Of a stretch of DNA of 32,146 bases, positions 12,716-23,265 are shown in pieces. The notes beneath the pieces were generated by a model that saw only the letters and a list, made by a program, of their open reading frames with translations, had not been told where the DNA came from and ran no database searches. Numbering within the stretch: position 1 is the stretch's first letter; each line of letters opens with the position of its first letter. Source of the stretch: Bigelowiella natans CCMP2755 (lineage: Eukaryota; Protista; Cercozoa); the NCBI GenBank assembly GCA_000320545.1, contig ADNK01000541.1:1-32146 (forward strand), in the 5' to 3' direction. The translations under genes and the position numbers were made by a program.

Positions 12716-13210
12716 GTAAAGCAGCGCTAGCAGCGGCTACAGCGCCACAGCGCTTAGGTTACACACCAACGTACGATGATGCGATGCACACATGCGCACG
12801 CACAGTCACAGGACAGATAAAATTTGAACAGATAGCAAATCTAGAAAAGGACACGTTGTATTTGTACGGACTGCTATAGATGAATGCATACACGTAGTAC
12901 GTCTAGACGTACTTCAATCTACTAGACCTGTGTGTGCGCTAGTGCGTGCGAGAGCGGCATGCGCGCCATATCTAGTCATACACAAACATATCATGCTGAC
13001 GTAGATATTAGTAGCACAGCACGTGACAGCAATGAGTGGAAATGGATATAAATATACTTATGCTAATGCTAGCATGTAATGCTACGCATTCCGCACTTGG
13101 GAGGATCACGTCTGCGTTGTTGATATATACATTCTATTTTCATCAACGTTACGGATAAATTGATACGAAGTTCCAGTACTTCGCTATCAAACATAAAGAT
13201 ATCTGCTCCT

Positions 13211-13296
13211 CCAAATGCATTGTTTCTTCTCCATGACCCGTTTCGCTTGAAAGTTCAAGCGTTTCCAACAAATCACATCATATTCAATACAAATGG
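13211..13296 (-). promoter_or_regulatory. Eukaryotic SECIS element, type II, in 3' UTR
   Basis: Minus strand: helix 1 UGUAUUG/CAAUGCA; core AUGA (13281-13278) opposite GGAG (13232-13229); 10-bp helix 2 GUGAUUUGUU/AACGGGUCAU; unpaired AAA; apical minihelix GCUUGA-ACUU-UCAAGC. Begins ~45 nt downstream of the TAG of the CxxU gene. Confidence 0.85.
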
Positions 13297-13338
13297 TTGG
13301 CAAATTCTTTTATTCTCTCCTCTACTTGATACTTTCCT

Positions 13339-13841
13339 CTATTTGAGTTTATTGAGTGCCTCTTTAATCGGCTTCTCAGCAGGCCAACCATATTTGCTGT
13401 AAAGATTTCTCTGGGGACCTTCCCATACTAATTGGCCTTCCTTTCCGAAGCTGCTTGTCGTAATCGAGACTTTGTTCGAAAAAGAGAAAGATGAAGACAG
13501 CTTTGCAACCACCTGGTAGCAAAGACAAAATTCATTCTAAGACCATAACATAACATATCAGAACCTGGTTGCAAAGACAAAATTCATTCTAAGACCATAA
13601 CATAACATATCAGAACAACTGTGTGCACCTTTGCTCCACTGAAAACATCCTTGACGAAGCGCACAGCAGCATCGCGCTCCTGTGCTCCTCCATCTCACGA
13701 CGAGCAGTACGTCACTTCAAACTCTAGTTTGCCCTATCCAACAAACACACAAAAAGTCAAAAATGTGCAAAGATTGTCATGCCCAAGCCCTTGTTAGCCC
13801 CAACCTGAATCCTTTACCTTTTCTTCTTTCTTCGTACTCAT
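13339..13841 (-). CDS. Small selenoprotein, Rdx/SelW-like thioredoxin fold with CxxU
   Basis: Exons 13841-13818, 13733-13629, 13512-13339, all phase-0 GT-AG: MSTKKEEK/GKLEFEVTYCSSU(TGA 13697-13695)DGGAQERDAAVRFVKDVFSGAK/VVAKLSSSFSFSNKVSITTSSFGKEGQLVWEGPQRNLYSKYGWPAEKPIKEALNKLK* (100 aa). A beta strand followed by YCxxU then a helix is the Rdx signature; SECIS lies downstream. Confidence 0.85.
13511..13616. repeat. 52-nt tandem duplication covering the 3' splice site of selenoprotein intron 2
   Basis: acctggt(a/t)gcaaagacaaaattcattctaagaccataacataacatatcaga at 13511 and 13563, one mismatch. Confidence 0.95.
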
Positions 13842-14080
13842 TGTTGTAGACCAAATAGATCTATGTGGTTCTGACGTTCTGACAGCTTCTTTGGCGCAGG
13901 AAATTTCTGGAACTCTCGAGAACTCTCGAGATTTTGCGAGATTGTCACATTAATCTCTCGAGACTCTCCGGAATAAATTTTGGCGGGCTGGTGTTGCTTG
14001 TGGAGAAAGCATCATTGTGGTTGGGCTTTTGATCGACCGTTTACCTCGCATACTGAAAGGGCTCCACTCCAACAGCAGTG
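13842..14080. promoter_or_regulatory. Short bidirectional promoter region (selenoprotein / GCP2) with E2F-like sites and TCTCGAGA palindromes
   Basis: The two ATGs are ~240 nt apart head-to-head. TTTGGCGC 13890-13897, TTTGGCGG 13979-13986; TCTCGAGA at 13914, 13924, 13956. Confidence 0.55.
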
Positions 14081-17000
14081 ATGGCTGACAAGCAACGTGT
14101 TCACGCTCGGGTGCGCTCGTTGGCGGAGAGGCTGGTTCAAAAGCTAGGAGTTTCGGAGGGGAAACGAGCAGATCCGTTTAAAGAGAAAATTAGCAACTTG
14201 CTCGTCAAGAACATAAATGAATTCTATGTGATGAGCCAAATGAAAAGAATTGACTGCCTTAAAAAGGCTAAACGCCTTGCCTCTGATCCAGTAGCGTTTC
14301 AGTCAACTTATGAAAGACTTCGGGAGAAGCGTGACAATGCTGCAGTCTTGTTCGCATCCCTCCTTGTAGAAATATCCCGAGACCATTCGCTAAAGCAGCT
14401 TCTGGTTAAGAAAGAGGATACCCTTCAAGATCCGTAAGAACAAACATTCAACCTAGGCATACTTATGAAAATTGATCTCGTTTATTTAACTTTAATTTGC
14501 ACAAAAACTCATGGAAATGATGAATTTTTTGCATGCTTTCTCAAGGTGTAAATTTTTGTATGCAGGATCACTGAGGCTGATGCAAGCGATGTTTCACGGA
14601 TGATAGCTAAAGCTAAGTTACAGACAGGATCCATGTCTTCACAAACCAGCTCTCCTGCTATAGATTTTTCCAGACGCGGAGCAAGCACCAGCTCATCGTC
14701 TTGGAGACCGCCCTCAGGACTAAAACACGCCAAGGTTGGGGAGCGGAGCATATTTCAAACTCCAGGATCAGATCGAAAGCACACACAACGAACAATAGGC
14801 AACCAGTTCTCTGATATCCTTTCACCGACATCTGCTAGTCAACTAGCCAACATCAAGCTGCCAAATTTGAGGACCACAGTTACACGAAGCCCTGAAAATA
14901 AAAACCTAGTAGACATGACCTATGGAACAAAAGTAGTGCTGCGATCGGTAAAATCGGGAATGTACCTCGGAAGTGCTGAAGGGAAAACTACTCTTACATC
15001 AGAGCAGAACGCCTCTGATTCTTTGCTTATTATGCATGTAAACCAGACGAATGATCTTGGAACAGTCAGGTTTCAGGACACGGTATCACTCAGTTTTTTG
15101 AGTGGGAAACGTCTTTCTGCAGAGACGAGTAGAATTGTTAGTGCTTCAAGGCGTTCCATGGATTCCAAATCAAAGTGGACTATCGTGCCTGGAAGTTTAG
15201 CATCATCAAATGGAAAGAGCGACCAAGACATTAAATTGGATCAAACAGAGGCCATTGGGGACGTGAAGGTTTTCGATGTTGTGTCATTGAAATCTGCGTT
15301 TGGTAGCTATTTATCCGTGTGCGAAGATGATGGCGGCGTTCGACTAGAATTAAGTCAGGGTGCACAAGGGAGTGGGAATAAGTGGCAAATTGCGAGAGCC
15401 GACCTACCGTTCGTCCCCAATTGGACAAGAGAAAGATCCTTCCTCCTTACCCATCCTAGATCAAAACTAAATATGCTGCCCGAGATGAAAGCTAAATCCC
15501 TCCCTAAACTCCCCTCTGTGGCTCAAGAACAGGTATACACATGTGCCCCCCACAGCAACCAATCACGTATTCTTCATTCTTCAAGTAGAAATGCGGATCT
15601 GAAATAATGTTTACTGTGTAGGTGCTGTTGAACGATCTTCTCTATGTCTTAATGGGCATTGAAGGTAATTGGATAAAGCTGACAAGAATGTCGGAATCAT
15701 CCTCGCAAACTGTGGGTGAATCGTTGCCCTGCGAGTGGGTGTTCGTACTAGCAGAGAAAATAAAAGATATGTCAATGAAATACATCATCGATAGAATATT
15801 ACCCTTGGGAAGTTATTATTACAACATCAACAAGTTTGTGGAATTAAATAGTCGGTATGAATTCGGGCGCGTGAATCATGCCCTAGCCGCTTGCCTTCGA
15901 GAGATGCTCAAGAACTACTTGATTTTAATAGCCCAGCTTGAAAATCAGTATAATGACGGGCAGTTGACTCTCCAGAGGTTGTGGTATAGTTTGCAGCCAT
16001 CATTTCACGCACTGAAGCATCTCAATAACGCTGTGAATTGCGTGAAGAATCTCAGCGGTGGTGCAGTATTAAACGCTCTCTTCCATGCAGTGAATCGTGA
16101 GGGAGATTCGATAACTCAAGGAATATATCTTCATTTATTAAAGAAGTCGTCTGTACCGTATCTTCGAATGTTGGAGCTTTGGATTTACGAGGGAATCATC
16201 CAGGATCCATACGATGAATTCCAAGTTCAGTCAAACGACGATCTAAGCAAAGAAAATCTGAATAAAGACTTCAATGATACTTACTGGGAAATGCGTTATA
16301 CCATAAGGAAAGATAGAATACCTGCCTTCCTAGGCACCATTTCGCTGACCAAAAAAATCTTAGTTACTGGAAAATACCTTAACGTAATTCGAGAATGTGG
16401 CCTGGCGGTTAAAAAGAACGCTCTGAGAAATAGCGGCACCATCAGATATTCCAACGATGTCGAGGTTTACCGTGATGTCGTTCGCAAAGCATATGCACAT
16501 GCAAGCACGCAGGTGCTAGACTTACTCCTCAATAAGAATAAGCTTGTAGACAGGTTACGATCCATCAAGCGCTATTTTCTATTGGATCAAGGAGACTTTT
16601 TTGTGCATTTCATGAATATAGCCGAGGAGGAATTGAACAAAAGCGTACACAAAATTGGACGGCGGAAGCTGGAATCTCTCCTCGAGCTTGCTGTCCGCTT
16701 CTCCGCCGCGAAGCACGACCCGTACAAAGATGATCTAAGCTGCTTCCTTCAGCGATACACCCTTATGCAGAAGCTAGATGCCATACACAGTACAAGCGAG
16801 GTTGCTGCTGCTGCTGCTGCTGCTGCTTCCCATGATACCGGAAGCAGCAAATGGCGATTAGATCCACACGAATCGAACCCGCCTCCTGCACCAGAGGCAG
16901 CGCTGAAGGGACTGGATGCTTTCACCCTGAGATATCGAGTCAGATGGCCTCTATCACTGATAATCTCCATGAAGTCTCTCACCAAGTATCAATTGATATT

Positions 17001-17769
17001 CCGGCACCTCTTCTACTGCAAGCACGTCGAGGCAGAATTGTACAAAGCTTGGCTGAACCAGCAAACGATGAAGGAACTTAACGTTGGGAGTGCCTTTCAC
17101 CGATCGCACATTCTCCGGCAACGGATGCTGCATTTTCTGCAAAACCTTGTGTACTACATGATGGTCGAGGTTCTCGAGCCGAATTGGCATACGATGGTTT
17201 CGAATCTAAAAGCGGCAAAATCTGTGGACGAAGTTCTCTCCGTCCATGATTCATTTCTTGACAATTGCCTCACGCAATGCTTGCTTAATAACCAGCAACT
17301 ATTTAAGACACTGACCAAACTCATGACAACTTGTCTGCTCTTCGCAGAGCAAATAAAGCGTTCGGCAGCCCACATTCGCTCAAACATAAAACAGTATGGA
17401 GACACGAAGCATCCCAGGAACAGATCCAAGAAAATTGAGACCGAATCGCAACATGCAAGGGAGATCGTTACTCAGGAAAAATACGAGCAAATGATACAGT
17501 CGTTTGACCACAAATTTAATACCGCGGTCGGGAAATTCATCAAAATCCTCAGGAGCAAATCTAACATGCATTACGATCATCATCTCGCAAACCTATCAAC
17601 TCGGCTTGACTACAATGGCTTTTACACAAGGGTGAGCTACAAAGTTTTCTTCAATTTTGATCGAAAGGATTAACGATTTTCATTTTGTTAGGCATTTCCA
17701 GAGGTATTTGAAGATGCGTACGCTTCAATTCCAACAGATAGCAAAGACGTCAGCTCTTTTCCGCGATAA
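14081..17769 (+). CDS. TUBGCP2: Gamma-tubulin complex component 2 (Spc97/GCP2 family)
   Basis: Exons 14081-14433, 14566-15532, 15622-17631, 17692-17769 (1135 aa). Motifs QEQVLLNDLLYVLMGIEG, SRYEFGRVNHAL, WIYEGIIQDPYDEF, KILVTGKYLNVIRECG, SIKRYFLLDQGDFFVHF, YQLIFRHLFYCKHVE, EVLEPNW, RLDYNGFY. Confidence 0.93.
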
Positions 17770-18879
17770 ATCTGACCAGTTGGGTTCGGTTCTCTACTGG
17801 ACATGGCCACCCTGAAAATTTTCAGGTTTCTCTGTGTTTTCAGCCTAGCTAGGGCTTATTTGTTTACATCTAGACATTGGGGAGGACGCGATTCGCTAAT
17901 TTCAATCGAGTAAGCAATTTAAGTTCTCCGTGTAAGATCGACAGCTAGCAGCTAGCGCATGCATTGTAATAATGGTGATAGACGTAGCATCATGATAAGC
18001 TCATGCAAGGAAGAGGCGGACATCGTCATGCCGGATTAAATGTGTGCAAGGCAAACATCATCGTATCAAGCTATAGCATGCATGGGCAGCTGCTCTGCAA
18101 TTACGAATCAACGTGAGGTTGCCGTCTGCTACACATGCATACTGCTAGCACGCTAGTACGCCCCCGTCTAGCCGTCTTGCCGTTTCTGTCTGTGCCACCC
18201 GTGCTAGCATGTGTGTCATGCGCAGCTGCTTGTTCCCCGCCGCCCACGCGGTGCATGCAATGCGCTCAGAATGTGTCAAGATGTATTGCTAGATTGGCTT
18301 CGGCGCTACAATCGAGCGAACAAGTGAAATGATGCACAGAGACATGAAGTCGATCTGTGCATGTGCAACAATGGCCTCTAGATCTAGCAATATGCGTCTG
18401 CACCCGCATGGAGACATGCGAAGTCCACACAGACGACACGATGCAGTGTCAGCCACACACCCACAATGTGATGCTAGGAGTTGGATGAGCATTTTGAGTT
18501 GTGCGAATTCATCGCGAGGACGTTTCGATCAGCAAAAGGATTTCAAACAACATGGCCTTGATAGCTCCATTCGTGCACCCGCGCACCCGCGAGCCCTGCT
18601 AGCCGGTCTGCTAGCACACATCTAGACATGCTGTGAATTGGACAGTTCACGTCTAGATGTGCTCATTTAGTAGCACACACGTGCTGCATGCATGCTGGTG
18701 CGTGCGTGCGCGCGCGTGTGTGTGTGACCATGTGCACGTCGTTTGGCACAACACGTGTGCACGTGATGGAGAACGTGTGCATGCAATTGCACACACATGG
18801 AGATATGTTGACACATGTTCACACGCGCATGCACGAACATGGCCTTGATGGCTCTGTTGAATGAGGCTTTATAGAGCTT

Positions 18880-20949
18880 TCACATGGCAACGCGAAGACA
18901 CTCCACAGAACCATGGTGACAGTCATTCAATTTAGAATTTTCTCCCAACTCCCCACCCACCACAAACAGCTTGCGATCACCAAAAGCCACACCAAACCCT
19001 GTTCTCAGAGCCCGCAAGCCAGGCAGGACATCCCATCCCGCCTCCAAATGTTTCAAATTCAGAAACTCCCCAGATTCGATGCCGCATTGTGTAGGGTAAT
19101 CATAACTATCGAACCCACCAACCACAAACAGCTTGCCATCCCCAAAAGCCATGCCAAAGCTGACCCTCCTAACCATCATCAAAGGCAGTTCCTTCCACCC
19201 TGCCGACAGATCCTTCAAATCTAGATATTCCCCAGATCCCAAAGTGGAAGGATCACTCTCGGTTTCGTAGTCCCATTCGTCGTTATTTCTTCCACCAACC
19301 GCAAACAGCTTACCATCCCCAAAAGCCACACCCAAACAACGCCTCACAGCCCGCATGTCAGGCAGTTCCTTCCATCCCGCCGACAAGTCCTTCAAATCCA
19401 GATGCTCCCCAGATTTGGAATCTAAACCATCCTCCCCACCAACCGCATACAGCTTGCCATCCCCAAAAGCCAAACCAAATTCACACCTCTCAAGCCGCAT
19501 GTCAGGCAGTTCCTTCCATCCCGCCGACAAGTCCTTCAAATCCAGATATTCACCAGATTTGGAATCTGAACCATCCTCCCCACCAACCGCATACAGCTTG
19601 TCATCCCCAAAAGCCAAACCAAATTCACACCTCTCAACCCGCATGCCAGGCAGTTCCTTCCACCCCGCTGACAAGTCCTTCAAATCCAGATATTCACCAG
19701 ATTTGAGAGGATGACCATTACATCTCCCACCAACTGCAAACAACTTGCCATCCCCAAAAGTCACACCAAGATCAGTCCTTCCGGTTCGCAGACAAGGCAG
19801 TTCCTTCAACATCTTCATCTCCAACACTTTTTGTTCCCACCCTACTTCCTCTTTTTGCTTCCTCCTCTCTACTTCTTCTTTCAGTTTCCTCTTTGATTCC
19901 TCAAACTCTCTAACGAGTTCCATGAGTTTGGATTCATTTCGTTTCCTCCTCTCTATTTCTTCTTCTAATACCTTATTTGTTCTGTTTAAATCCCCTTTCA
20001 AGTTGTCAATCTGTGAATTTAGATCTCCTGTTTCAGATTCCAGTCTGTTGATTTCAGACTGTAGGGCTTCAATTTCGTTTGACTCGACCAACCCATAGGC
20101 CATTTCCAATTGGCTCACATACTTTCCAAAAGCTTTCTTAAATTGTCCAGATGGATACTCGAAGTCATTTAATGCTCAACTTTTCTTTTTTAAATGTTGA
20201 AGTTGAAGCCACTGTGTCGCATAAGGTCTTATCCAGTGTTCGAGCTTGTCGATTCCCACTCCTGTCTTCATCTTCTCTTTTTGAGAATCGTGTCTTTTCC
20301 TGTCAAAAGTTCCTCTGCTAATGATGCGATCATATTCCTCATCGACAAATTGCAATGATATTTTGATGATGGCCCTTTCTTTCTTTGCTTGATAGACGTC
20401 ACAAGCAGTCTGAGCAATATCCTTTAATAACTTGTTCCCAATGTCTTTGTCCAAAAACCCGCCATCCAGAAGCTTCTGAATTTCTTTTTTTTCATCAGAC
20501 GTGAGTCTCTCCGCCAAGCTTTTCTTTTCCTCCATCTTCTTCTTCTCATTTGCTTGCTTCATTTCTTCAGTCAGCATGGTGAGTATTCTCTCAATGTTGC
20601 CCATCATCGGGGTCAGCATGTTCAACTGAAGCAGTTGGACGAGATCACTCAGCTCCTTGTCCAGTGTCTCAGCTTCATCTCCTTCTTTGCGGTTGTAAAC
20701 GGGGAAGCACAGGCGCCGGTCTTCGCAATTGGGGGACACACCCTTGAGCTTCATCATTGTGTTTTTCATCTTGTCCATCAACTCGTTGGACATGGACAGC
20801 CCTGTGCTCTGAATCCGCTTCAACTCCGCAGCCAGCAGCTTCACACATTGCTGACGGTTCTTGATGGTGCTGTCCGCTGTCTGAGCTTCACCATGCACTT
20901 TGCAAACCTCTTCCACAAGATCAATTAGCCCGGTGACGGAGTCAACCAT
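18880..20949 (-). CDS. Helical N-terminal domain (MLKL/HeLo-like?) + coiled coil + 6 Kelch repeats, interrupted by one in-frame TGA (possible pseudogene allele or recoded gene)
   Basis: ORFs 20176-21084 and 18880-20118 are in the same frame, separated only by TGA 20178-20176 (...HLKKKS*ALNDFEYPSGQFKKAFGKYVSQLE...). First ATG is at 20949; 689 aa if read through. Kelch hallmarks KLYAVGG, EY-D, W-ELP-M. Confidence 0.75.
18890..19810 (-). repeat. Tandem Kelch repeats, 144-nt (48-aa) core unit with very high nucleotide identity
   Basis: The anchor ggcagttcctt recurs at ~19184, 19361, 19505, 19649, 19796; central units are nearly identical. Confidence 0.92.
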
Positions 20950-21404
20950 CTCCCCCACCTGCGTCCAGTCTGGAGACCACAGTGATGCTCTCAAATTCTT
21001 TGAATACTCGAGAATATCGATATCGTTACACTGGTGAAAACGCTGACCGACACAAGGACGGGCTAGTACCGGCAGTACCGGCACAACATCGGTAATTTTA
21101 AGATTTTAAGGGCGGAAGAAGTTCGTGTCGTAGAACAAAAATAACATTGATTTTACCTAAAATGTGTACACATTTTACTTGGTTTGGAAATGTCGATTCT
21201 CTCCTAGGAATCAGGGGATGATCGATCGTCGCCTTCACCTTGCAAACTAGTTCAGACCTGGGGAGGAGGGGGAGACCCCGACCATATGACGGACACCAGG
21301 GAAGGAGATACAACTTAGAATAAAGTGCTAGGGGCGTGGAAGAAGGCTGATTGGTTCGGAGTTGCAACAAAAGGACGCTTGGAGAACATCATCAGCCCTT
21401 CTCC

Positions 21405-21655
21405 ATGCTGAGAGGCATCTTTTACGCCGAGTTTGATAACACCGTGGGACCAAAGATTACATTTCAAGCTCCCGATGGGTGTGTGTGTTATACAAATTCT
21501 GTTACACTAAGATCGGCGAAGGTTAACACACCCAATGATGTACGTTCTGCACAGGTACCTTTCGCCACAGAGCTTTGAGCAAATTTCTGGCTATGTTATC
21601 ACTGGACCAAAACTCTCTCACGAGGTATTCTTCCTTCGTGAAACATTTAAATTTT

Positions 21656-21704
<49 letters not shown>

Positions 21705-23225
21705 CAGCTTCTCTCTCTCTCTCTCTCTCTCTCTCTCCCCTCTCTCTCTCTCAAAGAATCATTTCTGCTCAATTCTTGAAAGGTCGTGACTTTGAACGCC
21801 TGCGGAAAGCGCATAGTATGGTAATAGACGTATTATGAAGTCTATAAACAAACCCCAAAATGTGCTAAGAATAATTTGATCACGTTGCTGTTATCATCGG
21901 TTAGTTATCCCATTCGCATAGAAAATAGCAAGTATTATCGAAACGCCCTGATTTTCAACATCGGGTTTGTCTTCGACCCGGAGACTCCTACCAACAACTA
22001 CATACTGGTAAGCGCACAATACTTTCGGGATCAACTTGAGTAGATGGCCATCAGAGAGGATTCTGAATACCCTTCGCTTTGGTTAACAGACCCTTTGTAA
22101 ACTTGCAAGCACGATAGAAACGCTCGAGCATGAGGTAGCTGCCAGAAGCCGACCCACCGACATTGATGTTGATACGTATCACTCACAAGTGTTCTGACTT
22201 TGAATCGAGGTTGAGTTTCTTTCCACTGCGAAGACAAAGGCGATGGTTCGTGCATTATTTCCTATCATACCCACGATCGCCTCGTAACCCTGAAGATATG
22301 CATCGTTTTCTTGTGTTACGGTACTACTACCACTGCCAGTTGAAATGCGTGTTCCCAACGATCCTGAGCAAGCTCAACAGCCCGCCTTACGAGTGCCAGC
22401 TTCGAATTCATCCAACAAACGCGCTCTCTCTGAAAGTACAGCTGCGCGCTGCCTGCATTGGAATACAGAATAACACAATGGATTATTCACACATTGAAAG
22501 TAAAGACGCATATCCTTCCCCCCGCCAAAGGTCTGCCCGGAGATTGGAGGAGTCATACCAGACGTGAAAGCGCACCAAGTTCCTATTCAAGTGGTGGATA
22601 TACAAACTCACGTGAACAGCCTGTGGGACCTTACGTTGCAGCAGGTGGGTTTATCTTACACTCCTCGATCGGCCATCGATTCTGTTTTTCCTATGCGTGA
22701 CTCATCGTGTGTTTCTTTCTAAATTGGTACAGGTAATTCCCTTCATAGATGGAAGCAGGTATGGCACGCACCTTTTTTCTGGTATAATGCGAAGGCGTCT
22801 TCGTGCTTGTAGCGCTTTCTCGATGATACGATATTTGCTACTTTCCTGCTGCAATGAATATAGTAATGAGAATCAAGATCCGGATGCAAATTGATGTTGG
22901 GACACACGCTCACCGTGACTTTTACACCAACACACAGATACGTTCGCCGTATTGCGGAGGATGCACAAGTTGACGTGAAACTCGTTATCCAGAGCCTCAG
23001 ACAGCTTCTGTATGTGCCCATAAGATATGTCTGGTGTTTTTGAAAAAGAACACGACGGCTATACGTATGTCGTATTCACTTATGGAGCGCTCTTCTTCTT
23101 CTTCTTCTTCTTCTTCTTCTTCTTCTTCCTCTTTGTAAATCGTGCCTCTCACATAATGGTTAGATACTACGGATATATCAAGATGCTGGACATCTTTCAG
23201 TTTTCAAACGTACCGTAGGATTTTG

Positions 23226-23265
<40 letters not shown>

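Noticed and set aside
13160-13402. 80-aa plus-strand ORF
   Set aside because: Starts at TTG and is antisense to the selenoprotein last exon and SECIS; no motif support.
2747-13841. Functional sulfur/selenium cluster of SAT and the selenoprotein
   Set aside because: They are separated by an unrelated 7.4-kb gene, and Sec is made on its tRNA rather than via SAT; proximity is probably chance.
18448-18512. SECIS-like AUGA...AAAA...UGAC on the minus strand downstream of the Kelch gene
   Set aside because: AA-to-GA spacing is ~43 nt, helix 2 has several mismatches and there is no convincing helix 1. Too weak to call, though worth a SECISearch3 run.
18613-18667. Hairpin preceded by ATGA as a possible SECIS
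   Set aside because: No GA on the 3' side to form the tandem G.A core.
18135-18848. Short Cys/His/Ala-rich ORFs in convergent spacers
   Set aside because: Composition is the expected translation of alternating purine-pyrimidine DNA.
22225-22250. Possible GC-AG intron donor in NPRL2
   Set aside because: An in-frame GT donor (GTTCGT) 6 nt downstream explains the junction.
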